DNA of 39,517 nucleotides from an uncultured Oscillibacter sp. (GTDB lineage: Bacteria; Bacillota; Clostridia; Oscillospirales; Oscillospiraceae): positions 1 to 39,517 of the forward strand of contig CALAAN010000292.1 of NCBI GenBank assembly GCA_937884915.1, written 5' to 3'. The translations under genes and the position numbers were made by a program. The stretch's first letter is position 1, and the number at the start of each line of letters is the position of its first letter. The notes below the pieces were generated by a model, which saw only the letters and a list, made by a program, of their open reading frames with translations, was not told the origin of the DNA and did no database searches. Of this stretch, positions 22,942 to 32,512 are shown piece by piece.

Positions 22942-23139
22942 ATGGCAACAACCAAGGCGCAGCAGAAGGCAGTAAATAAATACATGGCCTCGAATTATGA
23001 TCGAATCAATCTCACCGTCCCCAAAGGCGCAAAGGAAACCATCAAATCCCACGCAGAGAGCCGCGGGGAGAGCGTGAACGGCTTTATCAACCGGGCGATC
23101 AACGAGACCATCGAGCGCGACAAACAGGACAGGGAATGA
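22942..23139 (+). CDS. Arc/RHH-like DNA-binding protein, 65 aa
   Basis: 'KAQQKAVNKY...NYDRINLTVPKG.KE.IK.HA...GESVNGFINRAI' signature. Confidence 0.88.
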   Translation: MATTKAQQKAVNKYMASNYDRINLTVPKGAKETIKSHAESRGESVNGFINRAINETIERDKQDRE

Positions 23140-23156
23140 CCCCTGTCCTGTTTTCG
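23122..23156. terminator. Bidirectional terminator
   Basis: AAACAGGACAGGG-aatgac-CCCTGTCCTGTTT. Confidence 0.8.
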
Positions 23157-23160
23157 TTTC

Positions 23161-26100
23161 TTACTTCACACTCGGCAATTTCCCGTACTTCAGGAAGTAA
23201 TCGATCGGGCTTCCTTCCTCGACATACAGCGTCCGGTTTCCCGCTTTGATCGCCCTTTTCTTGGCCTGCGTCACAGCCTTGCGGATGTCCGTCCCGCTCG
23301 ACTTCTGCGTGAAGTCTGCGATCACGTTTCCGCTCGTCTTCGCCGTTTTGGAAGACGGCGCAAGCGCATTCCCGCTCGACTTTCCCGCGCTCCCCGTCTT
23401 CGCGGAAGCCTCCGGAATGACGATCTTCCCGGCCTTCGGCGTCGGGGCCTTGAGCGTCGTCTTCCCGCTGCTCCCGCGGCGGCTTCCGGAGCCGCCCGAG
23501 CCGCCGTTCCACTTCTGATACCGTGCGCTCTTCTCGGTGTATCCGGCGGCAACGTAAAGAGCGTCCTTCTGCTCGGCGGGAATGTCGAGACTGTTGATGT
23601 ACTCCACGACCTTCGCCTTCTTGGAGCCGGAAATGCTCTTGCCGTTCTCGTCCTTGTCGGCATGCATCTCCTTCGTGGCAAAGTAGTAGTCGTAGTAGGT
23701 CTCATAGGAAACGCCTTTTGCATACGCGGTGCGGGCTTTGTCGTACACGTCCGCGTTGTAGGTGCGCAGTGCATACTCCGCGCCGAACACCTCGCGGTTA
23801 CATTCGCGGTATACGATGGCGTCCATGCGGCTCTCCGCCTGGTCCTCGGTGATGTCGTAGAGTTCGGCATACTCGGCGATGGCCGCGTCGTTGTCGGTCG
23901 CAAGCTCCGGGTGCGCCTTGAGGTATTTGTCCACCGCCTCGCGGTACGGCTCGGCTTTCGCGATGATCTCCTTCTGCCGCTCGATGAGCTGCTTCTTCAG
24001 CGCGCGGACGAGCCGGTTCTTTTCGCCGTCGGAAAGGTTCTTGTCGTTCTGAAGAGCGCGGATCTGCGCGTAATAGTCGTTCACCTCGTCGCCGGCACGG
24101 GAGACGTATTTCCGCGTGATGCCCGCTCCGACGTCGCCGTCGTTCGCGTCGTACTTGAGATCATCCAGAAGGTCGTAGTACTCGCCGGTGGTCTTGTTGG
24201 TGCTCGTCGTGTCGATGGTGAACGCCGCCATGGGCGCCGACAGCAGCTTGCTTGCCGCGTTTGTTGCCGGTGTCATCAGCGGCAGCAGGATGTCGCCGAA
24301 AATGCCGGTGTACTGGTCGAGAAGATAGTTGATCTTCTTCGGCGACAGGTTGAACGTTTTTCCGATCAGCTTGGAGAGCTCGTCCGTTTTCTCGTCGTAC
24401 CGATCTCCCGGACGGTAGTTTTGCAGACGGTCGCTCTCGATGTTCCCGCCGTACCACGTCGTGCCGGGGTTGTCGGGATTGAAGAGCTTTGTCTGCGTGA
24501 ACGCCGTGGCGATGTTCTGGTTGAAGATATCCGTGGGCGCGATGTTGCTCTTGATGACCTCGAACACGTCGGAGAATTTCACATCTTCGCCCTCGATCTT
24601 CTCCTTCCCGTATACCGCGAGCGTTCCCAGCACCGCAGCGGCGCGGCCCTTCGGGATCTTGACCCAGTACCCACTGCCGAAAAACTTCTCCGGGAGTTTG
24701 ATGAGGTAGTAGTTTGACTTCGTATTGGCCGGGATATCGTCCCACTCGTCATCGTCCCACCACATCAGTTCGTTGAGTATCTGCGGCAGGATGCCCCAGA
24801 GCGCTGCGCTCAGTATCAGCTTTCCGGCGGCCTGTACACTGCGGACCCCCGTGGCGTTTCGGATGAATTTGTCAAAGCCCTGCACGGAGGGGTTGAGGAA
24901 CGGCACGAGATACCGGTTGAGCATCTTGGTAACGCTGCCGCCGCGGGCAAAGTTCGTCGTGATGTCCGCCGCACCGAGCATCGCCTCCATGAGATCGTTC
25001 TGTGTGAACTTGCCGTCCTTGCTCCCGCCGCTGTTGGCGAGGATGGTCATAAACTCCGCAAGACGCGGAGCCGCTTCCACCTGCTGCTGCAAAAGCTCGA
25101 ACCTTGCCCACAATTTCCCCAGTTTGTTTTTCGGTTCCTTCACCATGCCGGTCGTGTAGTCCAGCATGGAGGAATAAGAACCTCCCAGCGCCTTGTACTG
25201 CTGCCAGATCTCTCCGTTCTTCCGGATCTGTCTCTTTGCCTGCGGGAACATTTTCAGCCACGTTTTCATGTCCGTGGAATAGAATCCGGCGTCCTGGAAG
25301 TCCCGCACGGCGTTTTTGATGAGAAACCACGGAGACCATGCAGTATTCATTGCTTTGAATACATCGTTCAGCTTCTTCATTGCCTTTGCCGCGCCGTAGT
25401 TTGCGAACTTGTCCGGCTCAAAGGCCTTCATCGCCGCGGTGAGCCCCTCGTCCATCGTGATGTCGTAGGCTTTGCCGTTCTCCTTCACCGAGAAAACATT
25501 CTGGAATACCGGCTTGTAGTCCTCGTCGCTCTCAAGCGCGGCCTCCGTCGGCGTGTACTCGCTCTCGGCAACGTCCCAGATGTACTTCTCCGTCGCTTTC
25601 TTGTTGCCGTCATACTCGCGCACCAGCGCAAGGCCGAACTGGTTAAGACCGGCGTTCCGCATCGTGGATACCGTCTTGCGGGAGAGCGCCGTGTGCAGCG
25701 GCAGAAGCACGCCGTCGCTGCCGACGGCCCGTCCGATGGCGTTCGATACGACGATCCCGCCGTTCCGCCGGGCGCTTCGGGCTTTCTTGCTGCTCGTCCC
25801 TTCCTCGCGGAATGTGGGGATGTAGTGCGGATACCGCTTTTTCAGCGCGTCGGCAAACTCCCGCGTGATGAGCCCCGCCTCCACGCGGTAGCGGATGAGA
25901 TCGTCCGAGTACTTGTAGACCTCTTTCGCCCACTCCTTGAACTCCGGGTTCTTCGCTTCGAGAAGCTGCGCCGCCGTCCGGGAATCGTCCGCCGTCACGT
26001 CGTACCCGAATACCGGCTTCAACCCCTGCTTTTCCACAATGGCCCGCTGCCGTTCCAGCTCCAGCGCGTAGGCCGCGCCCTCCGCTACGGACGTAAGGCT

Positions 26101-29100
26101 CGGCGCCTCGCCGTTGTGCGCCGCGAGATAGATCTCGTGCGCCGCCTGGCGTACGACCGGTGAATCGCTGTCGCTGTTTGCGATCCGGCGCAGCTCTTCC
26201 TTTGACAGTTCCTTGAGCTGCGGGTATTTTTCTTTTACCCAGCGGAGATTTTCCTTGATCCGCTCCAGTTCGGCGCTGTTGTCGTACTTCATGCGGTCCA
26301 CGTTGTGCATGTGCAGAAGATAGAGCTGGAAGTCGCGGTACTTTGTCTCATTCTTCCGCATCGGGGCAAGGGTATCCGCAAGGCTCGCGCCGATCCTGTG
26401 GCCGTCGATGTCGGTACGCGCGCCGCCCTTGGCGATCCAGTTTCCCGCCCGCTGGGAGTACGCCCCGGCATTGAAGTAGTATCCCTCAAGACTTTTGCTT
26501 CCCGTAGCCTTGGCGATCCGGCGCACCGTATCCCCGGCATTGACAAACATCCGCATGGCCCCGCTTGTGACTTTCTCGATTTCCTCGCGGTAATTCCGCT
26601 CGGCCTTTATGACCTCGGACGTGACCTTTTCCGTCGTGGCGGCGATCGTCTCTTTTGCCGCCGCGTTTTCCGTCTCCGCGGCGTCGCTGCTCTCCCGGGA
26701 CGTCTCCGCGTTGTCGGGCTGTTCGGGATCTCCGAACAGCTCGGCGATCCTCGCATCCTCGTCCGCGGTTTTCTCGGCTTCGAATTTCTTGGCGCGCTGG
26801 TAGTTCTCCTCCGAGAAATTCTTGTTGGCCATCGTGATAACTTCCTCCGCCGCATCTCTTGCCGCCGTCTCCTTCAGCGCCCGGACAAGTGTGTCTGCCT
26901 TGTGTCCGTCGTGGAAGATCGTGGCCTCGTAGTATTTGCCGATCGGCGTTTGCTTCACCTCGACCTTGAAGGTGGAATCCTTCGGCGTTCCCTTGAGGAA
27001 TCCGGTCATCTGCACCTTTACCTCGGATTTTCCTTCGCCCATAAGATCCCGGTATACCTCGCCGGAGCTTTTGTTCGGTACGAACCGCTGTCCCGCTCCG
27101 AGATTTTCCCGCGCCCGGATTCTCTCCGTCTCCCGTCGGTCTGCCTCCTGCAATTTGCGCAGCCGTTCCCGCCGTGCATCCTCTTCACTTACTTCGGTTT
27201 TCCGGTTTTCCACCTCTACGCTCGCTTTGCCGGAAGAAGCCTTCTGAATCACTCCTCCGAGCTCGCTTAATTTTTTCCCTGTAATCTTGACACCGTCTTC
27301 GGCATATGCTATATTGCCGATAGAGCCATACGGTGGTTGGCGTGACGGGAATTGTACCCTGAGCTGCATCAACCATGTATTGGCTCTATTTTTGTTTGTG
27401 TCAAGGTACAGCAGTTCGGAGTTATTGATAAGATTCCGCAGATTTTCATCCGCTCTTCCGTAGGCGCTCGTCACAAGGGAAAATTCAGCTTCCGTTCTTC
27501 CGCCCGGCTTGGGTGTGAGCTCCAGCGCCACCATTAGGCTGTTGCCGTTTTTTGCCTTCTCCTCGCTCAGCAGTACGATGCTGTCCGGTCGGGTAAGAGA
27601 CTTCATAATCAGTACCGGGTTTTCAAGGATACTCGGAACCTTTTTGATGACATCAACATTCACTTCTGGATGATCTTCAAAGATCGTCCCGATTTTACTC
27701 TTCCGCATGTAGATGTTATCCGTTCTCGCGCCGATGCTTTGCAGCGCCTCGGAAGTTGTTCCAACGCGGAAATAGCCTGGAGAAGTGCTCAGCATGTCCG
27801 TCGGCGTATTTCTCACCCAGTCATCCACGTTCTTTCCGAAGTTCTCATCGATGCTATAGCTCGTCGTATTCCCATCCGCAAACACGGTATCCGCGTCGCC
27901 CAGATTGGGCGGCGTATTTTTTCGCTCTTCGGCGGTCATCCGACGGCGGGAGGCGGTGTCTCTCGCTTCGATCTCTCCGGCGGTGTTGCGGTAGAACTCG
28001 TTCACCGCCTCGCCCGCGTCGCCGAGAATGCGGTCGTACCGGTTCAGCTTTCCGAACCATTCCTTGCCGTAGAGTTGCTTGTACAGCTCGTCCGAGCGCT
28101 TCTCCAGCGCGTCCATGCGGCTTTCGTCGTAGAGCATGGAGCCGTCGAACATTGCCCCCATCTCGCGTTCGGTGCTGCGGTACTCGTCATAAAGCGCCCG
28201 ATCCTCGGTGCTCAATCCGTTGAGAAGCCGTGCGCGGTTGTCGCGGTACTTTTCCGCTGCTCTGTCGTAGTTCTCCCCGCGGTTCCAGTAGCCGGGGTTC
28301 GTCCCGCTCGCAAATCCCTCCGCCGCCTGCACCCGGTGCTGTACCTCGTGCATGAGAACATCGAGCGCCTCGTTCGCGTCGTATTTGAGCTTTGCGTCAA
28401 TGGTGATCGTGTTCGTCTCGCGGCTGTAGCTGCCCGCTGTACCGTTCGGCATATAGGCGAACTTCACCTTGGTTTCCGCGATCTCGGGGTACGCCTCGAA
28501 AAGGGCGTTGTGCTGCATGATGTCCCGCAGTGTCGCGTCCCCCTCGTCGATACGGCGCGCCAGCTCTTTTTTTGTGCCGCCGTGCTTCTTGTCCAGCCCC
28601 AGCAGTTCGGCGTGCTCCGCCTCGGTGAGATTACCTGTGAGCATGCGGTTCATCAGCTGCGTATAGCGCGCATAGTCCGCATTGTCGGTGCTGTACTGTG
28701 CGTCGCCGTTCTTCCGGAACTCCATGCCGGAATCGTCGATCTCGAACCGCCATTGCCCATCCATGCCGCGGTACCAGCCCGTTTCCTGCCGGATGGTCTC
28801 GTTGTCCGTCCCGCTCTGCTCCATTGCTTCCGCGCGGCGCAGCGCCTCCCGGTCTGCGGTCCCGGCTCGAATGCCCGCTACGCTCGCCCGGCCGGAAGAT
28901 TTTTCTTGACTATTCCCCTCCGTCTGGCGTATAGTAGCCGTAGAAGAGGATTTCTCCTGTTGAGCGCCGGTTTCGGTAACGGAATCGGAAGAGCCGTGCT
29001 TTCTGGCGGGGGACGTCCTCTTCTCCATTTTCCCCACGTTATACACGACCACGCCATTATTCCCGTCTGCAATAGATATCGTTACCTTGTAGTACTGCCC

Positions 29101-32100
29101 ATCAAAGTCTTGGAACCACGCCTCACGGTACAGCCAGCCGTTTTCCGCAAACTTCCCGTGAATCGGGCGTCCGTCTGTTGAAGTCTCATCCGGTCTGGCG
29201 TTTTTGTTGACCCGCTCGGACACCTTTGCGAGCTCGTCTATATGCGCCTCGGCGTTCAGCTTCGTCTCGTATTCCGAATCGGTCATCGGACGGCGGCGTC
29301 CGCTCTCGTCCGTCACATAGTTCCGGAAGCTTGCCTTTCCGGCGGTATCCTTCGTGATCTTTAGCACGTCCCCGGAATCCGTCGTGAGTATCACGTCCTC
29401 GCCGTTGCGGATCTTCCGGTTGATGTATCCTTCGATCTGGTCGGCCCAGCTGCTCGGGTCATTCCCGAAGATTACCTGCCGGTCGGCCTGTACATACTTC
29501 TTGCCGTCCGGAAGAACCACAATGCTCGCCCGGCCGGAAGATTTTTCTTGACTATTTCCCTCTGTCTGGCGTATAGTAGCCGTAGAAGAGGATTTCTCCT
29601 GTCGAGCGCCGGTTTCGGTAACGGAATCGGAAGAGCCGCGTTTTTTGGTGGGAGAGGTTCTCTTCTCTATTTTTCCCACGTTGTACACAACGACCCCGTT
29701 GTTTCCGTCAGCAGTGGATATCGTCACTCGGTAGTATTGTCCGTCAAAATCAGAAAACCACGCCGTTCGATAATACCAGCCGTTTTTTGCAAGCTCACCG
29801 TGAATCGGTTTCCCGTTTGTTCCAATTTCGTCCGCTGCTGGTTTTTGATTATTCTTTTCAGAGATTTGTGCCAGCTCGTCAATATGCGCTTCGGCGTTCA
29901 GCTTCGCCTCATATTCCGTGTCCGACATTCTTCGCATTGTCCCGTTTTCGCCGGGAACATAGTTCCTGAAGCTCGCCTTCCCGGCGGTATCCTTCGTAAT
30001 CTTCAGCACATCACCGGAATCTGTCGTGAGGATCACATCTTCGCCGTTGCGTATCTTCCGGTTGATGTATCCTTCGATCTGGTCGGCCCAGCTGCCCGGG
30101 TCATTCCCGAAGATCACCTGTCGGTCAGCCTGTACATACTTCTTGCCGTCCGGGAGCGTCACAATGCTTGCGCGTCCTTCCGGCGGCCCCGTCGTCTCCT
30201 GCTGCGCCTCTGCCCTCTGGGCAGGGGCGTTTCTTTCTGTCTCGGCGCGCACGGCCGCCTGTACCGGCGCTTCGCCGGAGAACCAGTTCAGCCCCGCGTA
30301 AGCGTCCGCCGCGATCTCCTCGGTGAGCAGCCGCTCGATCTCGTCCACGCTCATATTTGCGAAATCGTAGACCCCTGCGTAGTCCGCTTTATAGGCATCC
30401 CGCATGGCGTCGTATTCCTCGGCGGTCATGCTCTCGCGGATCACCTCATCTGTCGCGCGGATAACTTCCTCGGATGCATAGTTGTGGAACAGCTCGTGCT
30501 GCACCAGCATCTCCGGGCTGATGACATTTCCTGCGCTGTCCGCGGCGTCCACGCGGAAGAACACCCTCCCGCTCTCGGTATAGGCGTTCGCGTAGCCGTT
30601 TGAGATCTGGATCGCCCCGCGCACCGCTACCGGCTCAAGCCCGGTCTCCCGCACCGCGTCGTAGGCGCTCTTTGCCTCGCCGCCGAGCTTCTGCGCATCC
30701 ACGACGGTCACGGTCTCCGTGCCGCCGTCCCGAATGCCGAGCTGCGCCGGCGTTACTTGCCGTAGATCCGCCTGCGCGTCCGTTCCCACGCCTCGTTGAA
30801 CTTCCGTTCGGCCTCCGGCGAGAGCTTGTAGCCCTCCTTCGGCGCCTTCCGCAGCTTGTCCGCGGGAACCGACATAAGCAGCCCCGCTTTCTTCCCGGTG
30901 ATAAGAACTCTGTCCATTGTTCATTCCCTCCTGAATATTGATCGCCGCCGCGGGCGTCGTGCTGATCCCTTCGTTTTGCGCCCTCTGCGCGCCCACAGGC
31001 GCGTTTTGCGCCCCGGTGGTATAAGTACCCTCCTGCATACGCGAAATACGCTCCTGCGCTCCTACATCCCCGCGCAGCGCTCTTTGCATCTCGCGGATCA
31101 TCTGCATGTGCTCGCGCGCTTCCTGCGCCGCGGTCTGCTGCTGCGTTTCCAGCGCACCGAGCTCCGTGCCGGCGTCTATGATCTTCTCGCGTGTCTCGCT
31201 GTTGAAAAGGCCGTTCTCCTTCATGGAGGCGCGCGCCTCTTCGATCTTCGCGTTGACGGTCTCGTTGGCGTAGCTCTCGTTCTGCGCCCGGAACCGCCCG
31301 TTCACAGCGCCGTCGATGCCGGAGAGAAATCCTCCGGAGATCGCACCGGCGAGATAGCTTTCCCACAGTCCCCGGATCGTCACGTCATCCATCCAGTTTT
31401 CGCCGAGCGTTTTGCCGTTATAGATGCTCTTGGCAAACGGGGAAACGAGGTCCGAGGCGACCTCTTCCAGACCCTCGCCGTTCATCTGTCCAAGCAGCGT
31501 CAGTACGGTGCGCATCGTCTTGCTGCTCGTGAGCGTTCCGATGAGCGCCTTGGTAAACTGCTCCTTCGGCAGATATTTCCCGGCGGCTTTGATCGTCAGC
31601 TTGTTCGCCATATCTCCGGCGGCTTCCGTTGCTGCCTCGATGGAGCCGATCACCGTGCCGTAGGTCAGCGCTTTGTCCCAGCTTGCGCCGTCTTCCAGCG
31701 CTTCCTCGATCGCCGCGCCGGACGCCTGGTTGAAGAAGAGAAAGCTCTGGAACGCCTCGCCGCCCTTTTCGCCCAGAAGCGCCGTGCCGATGAGCCGCCC
31801 GGCCATCGGGAGCGCCTGGTTGCCCACGCTTTCGGCAATGCTCATGGCCCGCTGCCACTTCGGGCCGAGATCGGCGTATCTCTGGTCCACTCTCTCCTGA
31901 TATGTGTTGTCGCGCTGGAAGGCGGTCTTCACGCCCTCTTTGTCAAGCCGCTCGTATTCCTTCTCGGCGGCGCGCTGCATGGCTCTCGCTCTGTCGTTTT
32001 TGAGATCCGCGACGCCCATATACTCGTCGAGATCCTTCTGCTGCTGTGTGCGGGTGTCCGCCGGGATCTCTATGCCGGTTTTCCGCCCCGTAGTCTGCTC

Positions 32101-32490
32101 CCACATGGCCTTGTAGTAGGCGTCGTCCGCCGCATTGAGCGGATTTGCCGCCTGTGCGCGGTACCCCGCCTCGTTCAAGTCGGTGCGCAGACCTTCCTTT
32201 GCTCCCGCTGCGGCCTTTTCAAAGATGCCCGCGATGCCGTGGAAAAAGTTGTTGTTCGTCCCGCTCTTCATCTGCGCCGCAGCGTCGGCGTATGGCGTCT
32301 GCATGGTGCTCTGGCCCTGCGAGGCTTTCAGAGCGTTTGTATACAGGAGCTGGCTATCCGCGTTTCCGCCTTTTTTGCTTTCAAGCAGCGCGTCCACGTA
32401 GCTCACCGGCTTTTCTCCGGAAGCACTTCCGGAGGAAGCCGTTCGGCTTCCTCCGGTTTTCTTTTTCAGAAGATCGTCTAATGCGTTCAT
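23161..32490 (-). CDS. Large polyvalent (ejected) protein, 3109 aa: metallopeptidase-like, 2x LPD3-like, LPD23, second metallopeptidase, MuF-C/PBECR-like, LPD38
   Basis: HELFH and HEVQH motifs. 'ETGWYRGMDGQWRFEIDD' (LPD23). 'LENPVLIMKS...VTSAYGR' (MuF-C-like). 'KIPK...SPKKINYLLDQYTG' (LPD38). GGAGG RBS at ATG 32490. Confidence 0.85.
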   Translation of the reverse strand: MNALDDLLKKKTGGSRTASSGSASGEKPVSYVDALLESKKGGNADSQLLYTNALKASQGQSTMQTPYADAAAQMKSGTNNNFFHGIAGIFEKAAAGAKEGLRTDLNEAGYRAQAANPLNAADDAYYKAMWEQTTGRKTGIEIPADTRTQQQKDLDEYMGVADLKNDRARAMQRAAEKEYERLDKEGVKTAFQRDNTYQERVDQRYADLGPKWQRAMSIAESVGNQALPMAGRLIGTALLGEKGGEAFQSFLFFNQASGAAIEEALEDGASWDKALTYGTVIGSIEAATEAAGDMANKLTIKAAGKYLPKEQFTKALIGTLTSSKTMRTVLTLLGQMNGEGLEEVASDLVSPFAKSIYNGKTLGENWMDDVTIRGLWESYLAGAISGGFLSGIDGAVNGRFRAQNESYANETVNAKIEEARASMKENGLFNSETREKIIDAGTELGALETQQQTAAQEAREHMQMIREMQRALRGDVGAQERISRMQEGTYTTGAQNAPVGAQRAQNEGISTTPAAAINIQEGMNNGQSSYHREESGAAYVGSRGQAAEGAEGGLQALAGGRTEVQRGVGTDAQADLRQVTPAQLGIRDGGTETVTVVDAQKLGGEAKSAYDAVRETGLEPVAVRGAIQISNGYANAYTESGRVFFRVDAADSAGNVISPEMLVQHELFHNYASEEVIRATDEVIRESMTAEEYDAMRDAYKADYAGVYDFANMSVDEIERLLTEEIAADAYAGLNWFSGEAPVQAAVRAETERNAPAQRAEAQQETTGPPEGRASIVTLPDGKKYVQADRQVIFGNDPGSWADQIEGYINRKIRNGEDVILTTDSGDVLKITKDTAGKASFRNYVPGENGTMRRMSDTEYEAKLNAEAHIDELAQISEKNNQKPAADEIGTNGKPIHGELAKNGWYYRTAWFSDFDGQYYRVTISTADGNNGVVVYNVGKIEKRTSPTKKRGSSDSVTETGARQEKSSSTATIRQTEGNSQEKSSGRASIVVLPDGKKYVQADRQVIFGNDPSSWADQIEGYINRKIRNGEDVILTTDSGDVLKITKDTAGKASFRNYVTDESGRRRPMTDSEYETKLNAEAHIDELAKVSERVNKNARPDETSTDGRPIHGKFAENGWLYREAWFQDFDGQYYKVTISIADGNNGVVVYNVGKMEKRTSPARKHGSSDSVTETGAQQEKSSSTATIRQTEGNSQEKSSGRASVAGIRAGTADREALRRAEAMEQSGTDNETIRQETGWYRGMDGQWRFEIDDSGMEFRKNGDAQYSTDNADYARYTQLMNRMLTGNLTEAEHAELLGLDKKHGGTKKELARRIDEGDATLRDIMQHNALFEAYPEIAETKVKFAYMPNGTAGSYSRETNTITIDAKLKYDANEALDVLMHEVQHRVQAAEGFASGTNPGYWNRGENYDRAAEKYRDNRARLLNGLSTEDRALYDEYRSTEREMGAMFDGSMLYDESRMDALEKRSDELYKQLYGKEWFGKLNRYDRILGDAGEAVNEFYRNTAGEIEARDTASRRRMTAEERKNTPPNLGDADTVFADGNTTSYSIDENFGKNVDDWVRNTPTDMLSTSPGYFRVGTTSEALQSIGARTDNIYMRKSKIGTIFEDHPEVNVDVIKKVPSILENPVLIMKSLTRPDSIVLLSEEKAKNGNSLMVALELTPKPGGRTEAEFSLVTSAYGRADENLRNLINNSELLYLDTNKNRANTWLMQLRVQFPSRQPPYGSIGNIAYAEDGVKITGKKLSELGGVIQKASSGKASVEVENRKTEVSEEDARRERLRKLQEADRRETERIRARENLGAGQRFVPNKSSGEVYRDLMGEGKSEVKVQMTGFLKGTPKDSTFKVEVKQTPIGKYYEATIFHDGHKADTLVRALKETAARDAAEEVITMANKNFSEENYQRAKKFEAEKTADEDARIAELFGDPEQPDNAETSRESSDAAETENAAAKETIAATTEKVTSEVIKAERNYREEIEKVTSGAMRMFVNAGDTVRRIAKATGSKSLEGYYFNAGAYSQRAGNWIAKGGARTDIDGHRIGASLADTLAPMRKNETKYRDFQLYLLHMHNVDRMKYDNSAELERIKENLRWVKEKYPQLKELSKEELRRIANSDSDSPVVRQAAHEIYLAAHNGEAPSLTSVAEGAAYALELERQRAIVEKQGLKPVFGYDVTADDSRTAAQLLEAKNPEFKEWAKEVYKYSDDLIRYRVEAGLITREFADALKKRYPHYIPTFREEGTSSKKARSARRNGGIVVSNAIGRAVGSDGVLLPLHTALSRKTVSTMRNAGLNQFGLALVREYDGNKKATEKYIWDVAESEYTPTEAALESDEDYKPVFQNVFSVKENGKAYDITMDEGLTAAMKAFEPDKFANYGAAKAMKKLNDVFKAMNTAWSPWFLIKNAVRDFQDAGFYSTDMKTWLKMFPQAKRQIRKNGEIWQQYKALGGSYSSMLDYTTGMVKEPKNKLGKLWARFELLQQQVEAAPRLAEFMTILANSGGSKDGKFTQNDLMEAMLGAADITTNFARGGSVTKMLNRYLVPFLNPSVQGFDKFIRNATGVRSVQAAGKLILSAALWGILPQILNELMWWDDDEWDDIPANTKSNYYLIKLPEKFFGSGYWVKIPKGRAAAVLGTLAVYGKEKIEGEDVKFSDVFEVIKSNIAPTDIFNQNIATAFTQTKLFNPDNPGTTWYGGNIESDRLQNYRPGDRYDEKTDELSKLIGKTFNLSPKKINYLLDQYTGIFGDILLPLMTPATNAASKLLSAPMAAFTIDTTSTNKTTGEYYDLLDDLKYDANDGDVGAGITRKYVSRAGDEVNDYYAQIRALQNDKNLSDGEKNRLVRALKKQLIERQKEIIAKAEPYREAVDKYLKAHPELATDNDAAIAEYAELYDITEDQAESRMDAIVYRECNREVFGAEYALRTYNADVYDKARTAYAKGVSYETYYDYYFATKEMHADKDENGKSISGSKKAKVVEYINSLDIPAEQKDALYVAAGYTEKSARYQKWNGGSGGSGSRRGSSGKTTLKAPTPKAGKIVIPEASAKTGSAGKSSGNALAPSSKTAKTSGNVIADFTQKSSGTDIRKAVTQAKKRAIKAGNRTLYVEEGSPIDYFLKYGKLPSVK
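28894..30177. repeat. Intragenic tandem duplication, 2 x 642 bp (214 aa)
   Basis: GRAS codons recur at 30177, 29535 and 28893. Protein repeats are highly similar. Confidence 0.92.
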
Positions 32491-32512
32491 TTTTTCCTCC
32501 GTTTTTGAGGTT

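Noticed and set aside
28894..30177. Diversity-generating retroelement TR/VR pair
   Set aside because: Both copies are in-frame coding, differences are not adenine-specific, and no reverse transcriptase is present.
23161..32490. Tape measure protein
   Set aside because: Contains enzymatic and polyvalent domains, and no tail tube or tail chaperone genes were recognised.
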